This document shows, one piece after another, positions 10,486 to 26,191 of a stretch of 64,000 nucleotides of DNA. The stretch comes from Octopus bimaculoides. Its lineage: Eukaryota. The translations under genes were made by a program, and so were the position numbers. Below the pieces are notes generated by a model, which saw only the letters and a program-made list of their open reading frames with translations, made no database searches and had not been told where the DNA came from. The stretch is from NCBI RefSeq assembly GCF_001194135.2, contig NC_068988.1, positions 91,580,943 to 91,644,942 on the forward strand, given 5' to 3'. How positions within the stretch are numbered: the stretch's first letter is position 1; the number at the start of each line of letters is the position of its first letter.

Positions 10486-13400
10486 CACATATGAGCATAA
10501 TTGACAAATCACAGTTACTATGGAAACTAATAACAGAGTCACTGGTTGATCTCTGTTACCATGGTAACTTGTCAAAATAACACACCGAAGCACTCCACGC
10601 AGCAAGAGATGAAGCTTGTTCCTTCAAATTTCTTCAAAGACTAAAAAGTTTCACTTGAGCAAAAACAGTTATGGATGACCGACAGGGACAAGATCTGCAG
10701 GGTCTCATTTTGTTAAATATTTTTTTTTTTTTTTGTAGTACCAGTATTGTTGTTTAACAACAGGTCAGCCCTATACACGTACACTTACAATCAAACGTGT
10801 TCCGGTAATGACCATCCTATTTGGTTACCTACAACTACATTGCTTTCTGCCTTTTTTTTAGAGATAGCAGTGAGATTTAGTAGCTATTTCTAGTATACTG
10901 AGTGACTGCATAGAGGTTCCCTCATTGGCATAAAGGTGATGATAATGATGGTGATGGTGGTGGTGGTGGTGGCGGTGACAGTAGGAGTAAGAGAAAGAAG
11001 GACTGACCCTTCATCAGCGTTCTCCTCAGATGAAACCCTCCTATTACTGCTTTCTGTGGCAGCCACCTTAGCAATGGCTGATTTTAGTTCATTTTCCAGT
11101 CTGTCTTCATTGCTTCTGAAGAGATAATAACAACAAGGATTTCTAACATTGGTACAAAGCTATACATTTTGGAGGAGGGACAAAGCCGATGAAATCCCCC
11201 TCCAGTATTTGACTGATGCTTTACTAACCCTGCAACAATGATGAAGAATTAAAGCAAAGTTAACCGCTAGGATTTGAACTCAAAAAGTAAATACTAAAAA
11301 GCATTCTGATGTCTGCTCTACTGGTTTTGTATAATGCTGATGACTAAATAGAGGGGAAAGTGCTGAGTGGCTGGCACTACTGACAATATAGCTAGGCAAA
11401 CACACATCTATTTTTCCACTGAAATATTTTCTAGAACTGTCATTGTGTCCACAACTAATGGTTGTACAAACACAGCCCCAAATATCCACACTAAAATTCT
11501 GACTGGCCTTTGTAGGGTTTACGAGCGAGATCGTTGCCAGTGCCCCTGGACTGGCTCTTGTGCGGGTGGCACATAAAAGACACCATTTCGAGCGTGGCCG
11601 TTTTCGTGCGGGTGACACGTAAAAGCACCCACTACACTCTCTGAGTGGTTGGCGTTAGGAAGGGCATCCAGCTGTAGAAACTCTGCCAAATTGGATTGGA
11701 GCCTGGTGTTGCCATCCGGTTTCACCAGTCCTCAGTCAAATCGTCCAACCCATGCTAGCATGGAAAGCGGACGTTAAACGATGATGATGATGAAACCATC
11801 ATTTATGTAGTCAGTAAACTTACTAGAAATAGCAAACAAATCATGCCCGACTGTATAAATAACAAGAAGGACATACTGCATCTGACTAAAAGATAGCATG
11901 GTCAGTACTGAGCAAGAGCTCACACAACCTGCTAGAAATAGCAAGTAAACCTTCCTCAGATTACACCCTGGAGTCTAAAATAAGACGACCACTTGTCTTG
12001 AGTGCCTTTAGCAGAGTTTTGTGGCAAGTATTGAGATGAGATCTCGGGTCCCAAGCTTTCTCCTTTCCTCTCATCATTCATGGCAGCTCTGAGAAAGGAT
12101 CATAGGTGTTGTTCTTCCTCTTTCGACTCAACCATTTAAAAAAAAAAAGGGAAAAGATATGATGACCCTTAATCAAAGGCATTTCAGCCTTTGATGAAGG
12201 GTTTTCTCAATCAAGACTTGCATTAGGCTACATGAATCCTGACTACCAGGGTTTATTCTACGAAAAATGTTGGTACTGTGAATAAATAGAAAGCTTCACT
12301 GCATTGGCCTCACTCTACATCTACAGAGGATGGAGAAAGACTGTTGGAGAGACAGGGGGGGGGAAGCTATGAAACAGACTAAGAGAGAGAAAAGGACAGG
12401 TAGAGTAAGAGAATGGAAAGTAGACAGCAGTGTATAATATACATATATGTGTGTGTGTGTGTTTTTAAACTGAGTGTTTAACACATGACTTGACCTTCAA
12501 GCTATTGTGATCTTCAAGAAAAAACAGAGATAAACATTCAGCTTTAATAAATTATATGCTATGTATGTTTTGGGTACTCCCTCATTTTTTCAACAATGGG
12601 TGGTAGACTTAATCTACTGCCTTCTTTAACACCTTGGGTGCTTTTAGCAGAGTTCACTCTGTTGCAACCATTCAAGCCAAGTTTCCAGTTTGAGGATATA
12701 TTCATCTCTCCATCTCACCAGTCTAAATGTATATCGACAGAGTACTTTGGTTATCGCATTTTCAACCTTAAGTTTATATTAATGTTTATTACGAAATTCT
12801 CCCTACTATAAATTAAGTAAACGAGGAAAATTTTTATTAGGTTTCTTTACATATTCTACTATGGAATTATCCCTCCGAGAAAACAATAAATATGGAAGAT
12901 TATTATTAGTTAATTTAAACAATAATTTTTTTTTTATATCAATTAATTTAAATAAATAGAAGAGAGTTGTTGTATTGAAGATGTAACTATTTATATATTT
13001 TTTGTTGCATTTATACATAGGGGAAGACTTAGATAATTATATACATATATATATACACACCTATCTTATTGTTGTATGTTGTGGTGACGAGGGACTATCT
13101 TGGACACGAAAGGGTTTCAATTGGTATATGTTTGAGATGTAATGAAGTGGATTTCAATGGTTGTGGATTGCACTTACTTGGTTGTATTGTCTGTTAGAGT
13201 GTTTCTGTTGTTTTTTAATTGTAATTGATGTATGATTGAATAGTTAATGCTCACACTCATAATACATAGACATTTGAATTAATTTTTACAATCCAAACGT
13301 CTTTTCACACGGAATTTTGTCTATCTTTAAACCATAACCCTAAAGTGACTTATATACATTGTTGTTGGCACTCCGTCGCTTACGACGTTGAGGGTTCCAG

Positions 13401-13910
13401 TTGATCCGATCAACGGAACAGCCTGCTCGTGAAATTAACGTGCAAGTGGCTGAGCACTCCACAGACACGTGTACCCTTAACATAGTTTTCGCGGATATTT
13501 AGCGTGACACAGTGTGACCCTTTGAATTACAGGCACAACAGAAACAGGAAGTAAGAGTGAGAGAAAATTGTGGTGAAGGAGTACAGCAGGGTTTGCCACC
13601 ATCCCCTGCCTGAGCCTTGTGGAGCTTTAGGTGTTTTCGCTCAATAAACACTCACAACGCTCGGTCTGGGAATCAAAACCGCGAGTCTGTTGCCCTAACC
13701 ACTGGGCCATTGCGCCTCCACCGACTTTTATATAAGGGAACTGTTATTGTGCATGTATATCAGAAAATGTATATAAGTCGAAACAATTTGTTGGCCTTTT
13801 ATGTTTTTTTTAAATAATTGTTGGTTATATTATATTCATAGTATATCATGTAACATTATAATATAAATAAATTATTGGATTGTCAATAATATCTCTCTAT
13901 TTAATTTATC

Positions 13911-13941
<31 letters not shown>

Positions 13942-16900
13942 TATAGGAGAGTAGGCCAGTTTATAGCATTACCCTGGCTTTCTCAATCATAAGGGGTTTA
14001 AGCCTTACAGCATATCTTCAGACTCTAAACACTGCTAGCCTGAGACCTCTTTAAAGGTCTCAGGCGAACTCCATAAACCGGCCTACCCCATTATAATATT
14101 AATTGCTCTACATCTCAGAGTGCGTTTCTCCTCCAGATTTAAGTATTTCTACAAACGATATACATACACACACAGACACATACATCAACTGTTTGTTTAT
14201 GATATATATGTAAATATGTGTGTAGTTTAAAGATTGACGGCCTTACGTCTTCTCCTCTAATTTTTCTGCGAGTTCTTTAATGATTTCCTCATTGTTTTGT
14301 TTGGACACTTCCTCCTCCTGTTTGAGATCTGAAAAAATAATCAAAATAGTGTCACAGAGTAGTGGTTTATTCAGAGCAGTAGCAGGTTGAGGGAAGGAGA
14401 GTACCAGATATTGCTGAGAAGTACATTGCAGTAATGAACAAGTGGAATTGCAATATCAGGCAGTATCTACTCATTACTTGGTTATGGGTGAGTAGTAGGT
14501 CACTACAGTGTAAAATGCTACCATAAGGGCAACATTATCATGGTAAAAGAGTTAACTCTGTAACTGTGAAATCAAATTTCATGGTTATTCTAATAATGAT
14601 GTGAAATATCTACCAAAAATTAGAAATGGTATTTTCTGCAAGTCCCTTTGTCTCAATACAATTGACATATCAGTAAAAAGAAAAAAGTTTCAGACATGGC
14701 ATTCCTCAACAAAGATAAGACTGCTATCTAAAACTGCTTTCCACAGTAAAGGTCAATGAAATTTTGAGTGGATATATCTGATTCCTGCAGTAGAAGGGTT
14801 AAACTAGACATAACCAGCCCAAATATTCTACCTATTTTATGTTAAAACCATCCAGATCTGGCCTCTCACACCTTACATACAATGTCATTCCAAAAATAAA
14901 CAATCACATCGAAATCTCAAAACTCCAAGATAATGTAGGATAAAGTCAAAGCAATGTGAATATATAATCCTTACATTTGACCGAATAATCTGAATGCTAA
15001 AGGGTCAATGTAGTGCAGTGGATTACAAGGTATGATTTAGAACAGAAAAGATTTTGCTGTGAAAAAAAGATAAGGTGTAGTAGATTAACATAAGGATAAG
15101 CAGATAATAACAACACAGTGGGTTTCTACACAACTGTGAGTGAAGAGAAAACTAGTGTTACTATACAGTAATATGGCAACATATTTCACCCTTTAGCATT
15201 TAAACCAGCTATATCTGGCCAAAATATTCTTCCTGTTTTATGTTCAAACTAGCCAGATCCAAACTCTCACCCCTATTTACAATGTTCATCGAAAAAAATA
15301 TAGTCGCATAATTGCAATCTCAAGGCTACAAGATAAATTCAAAACAATGTGAATATATAAACATTACAAACTTTTTGACTTGCGGACCCCTTTATATTTC
15401 AGGCTTTACCTTATAAACGTTTATGAAATTTATACATAAATATTTGCTTAAAATAACATATTTTTACATTTATTTATTTAACAGTATTTAACAAAATAGG
15501 TTTATTGTCAATTAAAAGATTTCGATTAAAAAACATATATAAAATCAAATTGCCCATAAAAAGTATTTGCTGTCCACGGACCCCTGTCTTGTCCTTGCGG
15601 ACCCCCTGTGGTCCGCGGACCACAGTTTGAAAACCCCTGTCTTAGAAGATAACTTCCTTTGTTACCTTCCAACAGTCTTGGAAGCACTGAAAAGATAAAA
15701 GGGCATGGGTGCTACTTTTCTATCTCTGACTAAGAAATAAGGTTTTAAAAAAAGAGGGGTGGTGGGGTGGAATGGATCATTAAAATAGAATGGGCTACAT
15801 TCAAGTATTGGGTTAGTACATAAGGAGTTACAACATAGCATGAAGGCACCGATGTGGTGGGTCAACATAGGCCAATGGTGCAATGAAGATCAGTGGGGAA
15901 ATGGAATAGGGACACATTGAAGTTTGGAATATAGCAACAGTTTAATAGGCATGTGGGTCAATACTTAATAACAATTATATGGGAGATCATAAATCAGTGG
16001 GCTAATTACATCAGTGAAATATAACTATGAAGCTTTAAAGAATAGTAGAGGTGACATGAGGTAGTATTGTAACCCATAGAACTGGCCCAACATATATTGG
16101 GGACAATGAAACAGTTTGATATCACATAGTTCTAAATTGAAATTAGAGATGTTAGCATGGAAGGCAGACGTTAAATGATGATGATGATGTTGACAGTGAA
16201 TGAACACAGTTGGAGACAGCCCAGAGAAATGGGTGAACAGTGCAATAAAAACCAAAGTTACCATTTATATTTGCAGTCAATTCTTCAATCTGTTGTTGGA
16301 GTTCCTTGTTTGTCTGGTCCTTCTCAGTAGTGAGTTTGGCTAGGGCTTGGTTGAAGATAACCTGTGTATAGATGAATAGAGAGAGAGAGAGAGAGAGAGA
16401 GAGTGGTAAACGTTGGGAGATGCTGAGAGACCAACAAATTTGGGGAGAAGTGGAAAAGAGGTGTGAAGGGAGTACAGAGACCATACGGAGGTAAAGACAG
16501 CAGAGAATGGTGGGGAGAGAGGTGAAAAGGTTGCTGATATGTATATAGAAAATTGTTACAGTGTGTGTCTATATATGTATGTATATACACACACACACAT
16601 ACAGCTTCTCTTTCTCTCTCCAACATACACCTCAAGAGTTCAGACAGCAATATACACAAGACCTGGCACCACCAACAGACCTGGATTTCAAGTCTACTGC
16701 AAGTGTTTTAATTCATAACTTGTTCACATGAAGTTAATCTTAACATCTGGAACAGACACAAGGTTACCTCTAATATCTAGTCTCAACATAAGGTTAACCC
16801 TTCCATCTGAGTTGAACATAAAATTAACCCTAACACTGACAACTAATCCCAGATGTATAATTAATACAATAAGTCAATAAATCCAATCAAAATTTAATTA

Positions 16901-18430
16901 AACATTTATCCCCCAAACTAACTGCTGACTATGTATGTCTGGAGTATTTTACACAGATCCCTATCCCTTGTTGAGAGAAAACCTGGAGGAATTAGGGAGA
17001 ACTTAAGAGGTATGAAGACAAAAAATTTATAGTATCAAGAGTAGATCAGACAAAAATATTTACAGTATTTGTACCAGTTCTTTATACTCATACAGGTATG
17101 GGAACATTCTCTGGATCTAACTGACTTTTATTTTCCTTTTGAAATTCTTTGACAAGCACACAGCACATGTCAAGGAAATCACCAGGAATTTTCATTGGCC
17201 TGATGATGGCAAAGAAATGGAAAAGGGTGTGACTTGCAAGAAGTGGGTCAACAGACTGGTCCCTACCAGCCATGCCTGGCCCAGATATTCTGTTTTGTAT
17301 TCAAACTGGGCAGATCCAGCCTCTCACACCTACCCTATACATCAATCACACTATTGAACACTCAAAGCTTTCAGATAATGCCTGACTGATTCAAAACCAT
17401 ATGAATAAATAAGGATTACATTTGACAGAGTAATCTGAATATCAAAGGGTTAGCCCTAACAGCAGCAATGGGTTCACTGAAAACAAAACACTTGGAACAA
17501 AAAAGGTCACTCATCCCTACTTTGTCTTAGAAAACGAATGTTCAGTATAAAGTTGTTAACCTACCTGTTTCTCTGCTATTAAAGACTTCCTCTGAACATT
17601 GAGCTTCTCTTCATATTCTGCCTCCAAACTGGCTCGAAGTTGCTTTAACTCTTGCTGGTGCCTTAAAGACTCTTCTTGCCTTGCCTAAGAGGGAACAACA
17701 GAGGTTCCAATGAAGGGGTCATTAACAGGATTAATTTTGCTGTCTGGAAACTTCCAGACAAATTAATTAGATTTAGCAAGAGTGGGGAAGGTATTAAATT
17801 TAGATGGAATTGTAGCAAAAATTAGACAAAGAGCAAGAAAGAGAGAGAGAAGTGTATGTATGTAGATGTAAATGACAGAGCTGGGTTTCGCTGCTCTGTC
17901 TACCCTGGTGTCAGTTCAAATCTTCCTCCAATCAACATTGCCTTCTGGGGTTCAAGCATAAACCATTCCCAAAAACCATTAAACTGCTTAATTTTTGAAA
18001 TTGATATCGGACAACTGTTATCCCATCTAAAGAAATAACCTAGCATTTGTCAAGATAAACGCCTTATTACAGTACTTAGTGAGAGAGTGGAGAAGGAGGT
18101 GCTGGTTAATGAGTACAAATTTATTTTAAAATACGTGTTTACAGACATAAATATAATGGCTCAGGAACAGAGATTAAGAGATCAAATTTTAGTTAAAATA
18201 CTAATTTAAGAGAACTTAATACTCTCTCTTTACTCTTTTACTCGTTTCAGTCATTTGACTGTGGCCATGCTGGAGCACCGCCTTTAGTCGAGCAAATCGA
18301 CCCCAGGACTTATTCTTTGGAAGCCTAGTACTTATTCTATTGGTCTCTTGCCGAACCGCTAAGTTACGGGGACGTAAACACACCAGCATCGGTTGTCAAG
18401 TGATATTGGGGGGACAAACACAGACACACA

Positions 18431-18490
<60 letters not shown>

Positions 18491-21400
18491 TACGACGGGC
18501 TTCTTTCAGTTTCCGTCTACCAAATCCACTCACGAGGCTTTGGTTGGCCCGAGGCTATAGTAGAAGACACTTGCCCAAGGTGCCACGCAGTGGGACTGAA
18601 CCCGGAACCATGTAGTTGGTAAGCGAGCTACTTACCACACAGCCACTCCTACACCTATAGTTCAGAATACTTCAACATCAATAATAATAATAATAATGGT
18701 TTCAAATTTTGCCACAAGGCAGCAATGTTGGGGGAGGAGATGAGTCAATTACATTGACCCCAATGTTCAACTGGTACTTATTTTATTGACCCCGAAAGGA
18801 TGAAAGGCAAAGTTGAACTCAGAACATAGCAATGGGAAAAATACCACTAGGCATTTCATCCAGCCTTAAATAAATAATAATAATAGTTCCAAATTTTGAC
18901 AGATTGCCAACAATTTTAGAAGTGAGGGTAAGGCAATTACATTGGGAGGTAATATATATCTCCACTTCAATATGGATTTGCACTGGAAACCAAGATGAGA
19001 GCTTCTCTCATGGTATCTACCACAGTACAGTCTGATTTAACAGAACATCCACGTTTAAGTGTGAATAAATATCACCTTTCAGTATTAATACTGCTTCTGA
19101 CATCAATATATATTATATATCATCTACATTGATTTCAATGCTTAATTGGTATTTATTTTATCAACCCTAAAAGGATGAAAGACAAAGTTGGAATTTGAAC
19201 TCAGAATGTAAGAAGCCAAAAGAAATGTCACTAAACATTTTGCCCAACACACTAACAATTTTGCTTGCTTGCCATATAATAATCCTTCCTACAATAGGCA
19301 CAAGGCCAGCAGTTTTGGGAGAAGGAGGTAGATTAGATTGACCTCAGTGCTCAACTGGTACTTGTTTCGTCAACGCCGAAAGGATAAAAAGCAAAGTCAA
19401 TCTTGGTGAAATTTGAACTTAGAGTGAAATGCTAAACATTTTGTCGAGTGCAGTGATGATTGTGGCAGCTCACTGCCTATAATAATAATAATGATGGTTT
19501 CAAATTTTGGCACAAGGCCAGCAATTTCGGGGAGGGGGTAAGTCGATTACATTGACTTCAATACTCAACTGGTACTTATCTTATTGACCAAGATGGGATG
19601 AAAGGTAAAACCCACTTCAGCAGAAGCTGAACACAGAACATAAAGACCCCAGGACTCATTCTTTGTAAGCGTAGTACTTATTCTATCAGTCTATTTTGCC
19701 AAACCGCTAAGTTACGGGGACATAAACACACCAGCATTGGTTGTCAAGCGATGTTGGGGGGGCAAACACAGACACACACACACATACATATATATATATA
19801 CATATATACGACGGGCTTCTTTCAGTTTCCGTCTACCAAATCCACTCACAAGGCTTTGGTCGGCCCGAGGCTATAGTAGAAGACACTTGCCCAAGGTGCC
19901 ACGCAGTGGGACTGAACCCGGAACCATGTGGTTGGTAAGCAAGCTACTTACCACACAGCTACTCCTGCGCCTATAAAGGGTTTAGCATGCTAACAATTTT
20001 GTCATTATAGGCACAAAGCTTGAAATTTGAGTGGGAGGGGCTAGTCAATTACAGCGACTCCAGTACCGGACTGGCACTTATTTCATCAACCCCAAAAGAA
20101 TGAAACGCAAAGCTGTAGAATTTGAACTCAGCGGGTAAAGATGGACAAAATGCCACTAAGCATTTTGTCTGACATGTTAAATAGTTCTGCCAGCTTGCTA
20201 CCTTAATAATGATAATGATAATTCTTGTTGTTTATCAAGATGGTAGATTGGCAAAATTATTAAAATATTAGACAGAATGCTTTGCAGGATTTCTTCCTAC
20301 TCTTTACATTTTCAATTCAGAAATCAACTTTGCCTCTCATCATCCTGTGTTTGATAAAGTGCCAAGCAAGTACTAAGATCAATGGTATCAACTATCGTCG
20401 TTTTCCCATCAAAATTCCTGGCCTTGTACCTAAATTGGAAACCATTATGATTATTTCTGACTATTGGTAATAATATAATCCACAATGCCATTAACAATAC
20501 ATAACTAGTATTAGCCTAGATAGAATTTGAACTCAGAATGTAAAGGGATATAAATATACACTCTAAGGTAGTTTTTATCTATTGTTCTACTGTTTCTGCT
20601 ATTTCGTCTCAGAAATCCAGACCTAAAGTTCTTTAGTCTTTACCTTAAATGACCTGAACAGAAACAGGTGAAAAACTTACATGGACTGACTTATGTCAGA
20701 TGACATTCTAAACCTGAAATACTAGTCAAAACTACATGAAGGTCACTATTTGTGGATGTGCACGTTTTCTTAATTTAATGGTAGTTTCTTGAAGCCTGCT
20801 GAACAAACTGCACAGATGATTTGTTTCTAGTGATCAAGTGTTTGCATACAAGCTTACTCCCTTCATCAAATCAACACTGCCTGAACAGGTGCTGAGTAAA
20901 GTAATCACAGAGCAACATGAGCTGAAGTCTTTTGCTCAAGAACACAATGCATCACCCGATTCAAGAATTAAACACATGATCTTACAGTTGTGAGTGCAAA
21001 GCACTAGCTCAAGCACCCTCAATGTACTATCCATTAGAGTTGTTACTGGGTAAATCCAGGTCGGCTTTGATCAACAGATCTATGGTGCACAGGGAGTCAG
21101 TTAATTGACTAGAGGATCTATGGTATACAGGTGCTTGGTTAAATGACTAGGTGGTGTGATCAACAGATCTTTTTTTCAAAATATACCATACCTCTATCTA
21201 ATGGAGAACCAAACAGTATAGTGGATGTAATGCGGTGGTCTGGGTACATTGCTGTTGGTATTGAGTCTCATATAAACTATGACCAAAGATCTTCCAGCTG
21301 TGATTATCTCATCTTTTGTTTAGACGCAGTGTATGAGACATCATCCAATGTTTTTCTTTCCTTCCTTTTTTCCGTAGAACAATAAATGATATGAGGGATA

Positions 21401-22957
21401 TTTGGCTGTTATTTCTAGTGAGTCAAAAAACCATATAGAGGCTTCATCTGTGCATGTGCTTATATGCATGATTCCATATTTTATGAATATACTACAATTT
21501 AAAAATTATGTAGTCATCTTGAAATTTATTTTATTCAAAAAGAGAAATTTATATTTTACGCAAACTTTATGTACTTCATCATAAAGTGAATTTATTAGAA
21601 ATTTAAACAATATTGTCTACATTGGAAACTCTTTATTTTCAGTAAGCTAAAACTAGACAGCATATAAAGTGTGTATGTGTAAAAATATATATTGACTAAT
21701 AATAAGTCATACCCTTGTCCTGATTGTGACTTCAAATTGCATCTGGTTGTAGATCTCTTACTCAGGAATAAAGAGTGTGGAACCACCTCTTAGCCCCTAT
21801 TGTTCCCAGGTCTGACCTGGAGTAGCAGCACTTGTCAGAGTCCCACCTACGGGTTATTGTTATTGCTTAGCAGAATCGTTATTATGTTGGGTGAAATGCT
21901 TAGTGGCCTTTTGTTTGTCTTCAGGATCTCTGAGTTCAAATTCCGCCATGGTTGACTTTGCCTTTCATCCTTTCGGGGCTGATAAATTAAGTATCAGCAG
22001 TTAAGCACTGGGGTTGATGTAATCAACTAGTCCCCTCCCACCAAATTTCAGGCCTTGTGCCTATAGTAGAAAGGATCATCATCATCATCATCATCATCTG
22101 CAGTCAGTCATCATGACTATGTTCATGTTTATGGCATGATTTGATAAGCTTTCTCTTTCTTCATCCTGGTTGGTTTTTCACTTGAGTTTGCCATTTATTA
22201 TGATCAATTCCTTTTTACATTAATTAGCATTATTAAGGCTTGCATGTGAAAACTGGATCCAGCAGACTCTGCAGAAGACACCCTCATGGTTCAATTGAGA
22301 GGAAGGCAACTTCAGCAATGCATATTGTGAAGTGTTTGGAGCAAGACAAGGCAAATAAGACATCTTGATCATCCACTGCGTCCATCTCTATCCTCAGTCA
22401 TCTTGACCTGGTCTTACAACTGGATTGACAGATGGTCATGGACAAGAGAGTGAGTTTGACAGTGAACAACGCTTTTTCACTTTAAACAAAGTCAAAGGAT
22501 GACTATACGAAACAGGATATAAGCTAAAGCAGTGATACAGTATTTTTTTTGTGGACAAGTTGTAAATAAATTTACATGTGTATGTTTGATAAACATCTAG
22601 TCTCACTCTGAAAACAGATCCCATGATTAAACTACAAAATTCATACTGGAGAACAACTTGTCAAGCTTCAAGTGTTTATCTACTCTTTCACCCAATCTAC
22701 AATCACCAATCAATGAACTGATTTGCAGATGAACAAAAACAGTGCTGGTTGTTCATAGCATTTTTCACTAGTAGCTATAAGCTTCTCTCTCTCTCTCTCT
22801 GAGAATAAGTAAATATTCCTGATGAGCATGTAAAGAATGGAAAAGTATTTGAGTTTGTTTTCATCTCATTCTGCAGGCACAACCCACCCTGTAGTTTAAT
22901 ATGTACATATGATGCTACATGTATTGTCAAACATAAATATGTAAATATATTTACAGC

Positions 22958-22996
<39 letters not shown>

Positions 22997-25900
22997 CTCT
23001 CTCTCACACGCACACTTAGCTTACTGCCAGTATATTCCATTCTTTATACAAACTTTGGAGAAACTGACAATACACACACACATGTATTGGGATGGTTTCT
23101 TTGTTTCTATATTGAAATCTGTTGAAAATGTCTTCAATACAGAAGTTCTAAAGTAGGAGTGGAGCACAAATGACCACACTTGACCAAAAGCTGATCTCAC
23201 ACTAAATCATATACAATTTAATTTTGGTTAAAAATGTCATTTTAAGCAGATATGTATATTGTTTTCTTGAGTAAAGACCTTGAATCCCACATCCTCTGTA
23301 CTAACTTCCCTTTTTAACACCCTACACTCGTACTCCATCAATCCATTTTTTCCATCCATTATTCCTGGGAGGGTCATGGGGGTGGTGTTCATGGGTATCT
23401 CCCCCATAGGATCCTATCAGGAGCAATTGTCATTACATTTTCCAGCTGGATTCCCAAACAACTGAGACAATGGATATTATCCAACCATCTCATTGCTGAT
23501 CAATCCCTAGATCTGCCAGTTGGCTTAGCTTCAAGAAACCAATTTGGGATTCATTCATAGTAACAGAGCTGTGACCTCACAATGCAGAGAAGCAGTGGCT
23601 TGACCTGGAGAGACTCCCTGATCTCCGAGTCCTATCAAATAACAATACTCCAGAGATCCTTTTGAGGAACCCCATTTTGGCTGCTTGTATTCACGATCAT
23701 ACTTTGTCGGTTACTGCCCAATTCATGACCATAGGTAAGGACAGGTATGAAAACAGAATTGAAGATACCATGTTTGAGCTTTTTACCAACCTCTCCACTT
23801 CCAAGGATCACATGCTGGAGCTGGTGCATTACTGTGCCAGCACCTGCAATTCTCACATCAAATTCAGCCCCTTGTTTCCTATTACTCATGAACATAGTTC
23901 CAAGATACTTAAATGTCTCAACTTGTCTCAGTGATGTTCCACTAACATGCAGAGTACACTGGGGAAACTTTCTTGACAGAACCAATGTCTCAACCTTCGC
24001 AACACTAATTCTCAACCATGCCCTGCCGCACTTGGCAGTGAGCCCGTTTAGTGCATGCTGGAGAGTACCTTTCAACAAGCCAAGCAGCACCATGTCATCT
24101 GCAAATATCAACTAACCAATCTACACCCACCAATCATGAGACAATTTCCACAATGGTAATCCACATGACAGTCCAGTTCATAAAATTTATGCTGTGTATA
24201 AACCAATAAGAATTCTCAGTTATTCATATCAATTTCTTTTCTCCCTCTCAGCAACGCACTCTACACTCCTGGGTAACCACAAACATTACCACATGACTAC
24301 ATCTATTAACTAATGTTATGATCTTACCTCCTGGTCACACACGACCAGCCTCATACTTCAGCTCAACAGTCTATTTTGAGTGAGGAGTCAGGCAATTGTA
24401 TTGTTGAATCACTCATTAATTGCAGTTATTAACAAAACATGAAATAAACATCTCCAAAGTTATCATCTGAGTAACTGAATATGGAGTTAGAATCCTGCAG
24501 GGAAACATTAATTCCATCTGTATTCAGTATTATATTTGACTGATTTCTCCACAAAAGGATTGTAAGTTTTTGAAAAGGGAAGTGCAACCTGTTTAGCTGC
24601 ACCCAGATTCACATTGGCAGTGTATATCTGCATTTATATAAAGTCTCTACACAGCAACACTCAAACAATTCAGCTCCTAACACACATATACATACCTATT
24701 ACACACAGACGCGTGCACACATGCACACACCCACATACCACTTCACCTTCCAACAGATTTTAAACCCTAATTTTCTCTTTTTATTCTGAAAATATTAATC
24801 CTTTAATTTTGAGAGAGTTAAGATCCCTAGCTAACAGCTCCATTGACAGTTAACTTTTGGATGCTGGCTGTAAGGATGAGCTACTTAAAACAGATAATCA
24901 CTAGTGAAGGGCTCATTTATGACAGATTCTGTTTTTATTCCTTAGGTAAGTTATTTTTCTCCCTTCCATAAGATAGCAGTAGAAACATTACATACTGTAA
25001 CAGTAGAGGGAGAGCAGAGTCAACAGTCTTCCTAAGCTAAACTCAATTGAAGGTCACAGGGCACCATCTGAGGTTTGGTCTTACTAATGGGGCTAAGCAT
25101 GCATGCATGATTCAGAGATGTAGAATCAAAATGAAACTTCAAGATCACCCAAACTCATTTTTTGATTCAGTAAATCAATGAAGTAGCACCATTGGTGATT
25201 TAAGGGACAAATTTTGCGATTCACTAGATATTAAAACATAGCACAATTCATCACATAAAGGGGATGCCAAGCAAGACTGAACCATCAACTGATGTTTTTT
25301 TTTTACAATAATACAGCAAAGGTAATTGATGGTTGGAGGGATGTCTTCCAGAGAGAAAGTCTGTTTCATAAACATCATCTGAAGCCCATAGACTTGTATA
25401 CAATATTTCTATATTATACAAATATGTTAAAGTTCTTAAATAGGAGAGTTTAACGGAGAAGAGAGAAACTTTCAGAAAATTCTTAGAACAGTTTCGTTGA
25501 TGAAATGTTGTTCAAGACTAGTGCAGGACCACCTTAGCAGCATTTATAGGCCTCCAGGCAAATCAGTGCACTTGACTCTTTAGTATTTATTTATCGACAG
25601 CATGCCATAACATACACAGATCAGAATTGGGCCTCAGGGCAACTGCCCAATGTGTCCATACCTTAAGAAAGCACTGCATGAATAAGCTTCAACTTCCAGG
25701 TTAAGGGTTCAAATAAAAGGTCCAACCTTGAATTGGAGTCTGACTCTAGATAAGACCTGACTCAGTAGATCTCTAATCAAAGAATATTTTAACCATGACA
25801 AGCATGTCTTGATTGCATTCCATATTAAATGTCTAATGGGTCTTTCCTTATTTAAGATCTGTACAACCACAAAGCTCCCACATTGACTTGACAGATCCAG

Positions 25901-26160
25901 CTTGGTCAATAGATTAAGATGTTCAGTTTCTCTGGATACTATGATAGACAACAGCAGGAAAAACACCAACTTTACAGCAATCATTCACCATGTTAATTAG
26001 TTAGAGAGAAGCATGGTTAATAAAAACACCAAAAAAAATGGCAAAAAAAAAATTAGTAAACATGCAGAACTAATTCTATTTTACAACTGCCACAATTTGC
26101 CCTCTCCTGCATCTCCTTATATTCCTCTTGTAATGGGAAATTTTTTGAACTTTTTTCTTC

Positions 26161-26191
<31 letters not shown>

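Noticed and set aside
13076-13118. TGACGAG...GGACACGAAAG hammerhead-like string
   Set aside because: C3 is missing and no consistent stem II or stem I can be drawn.
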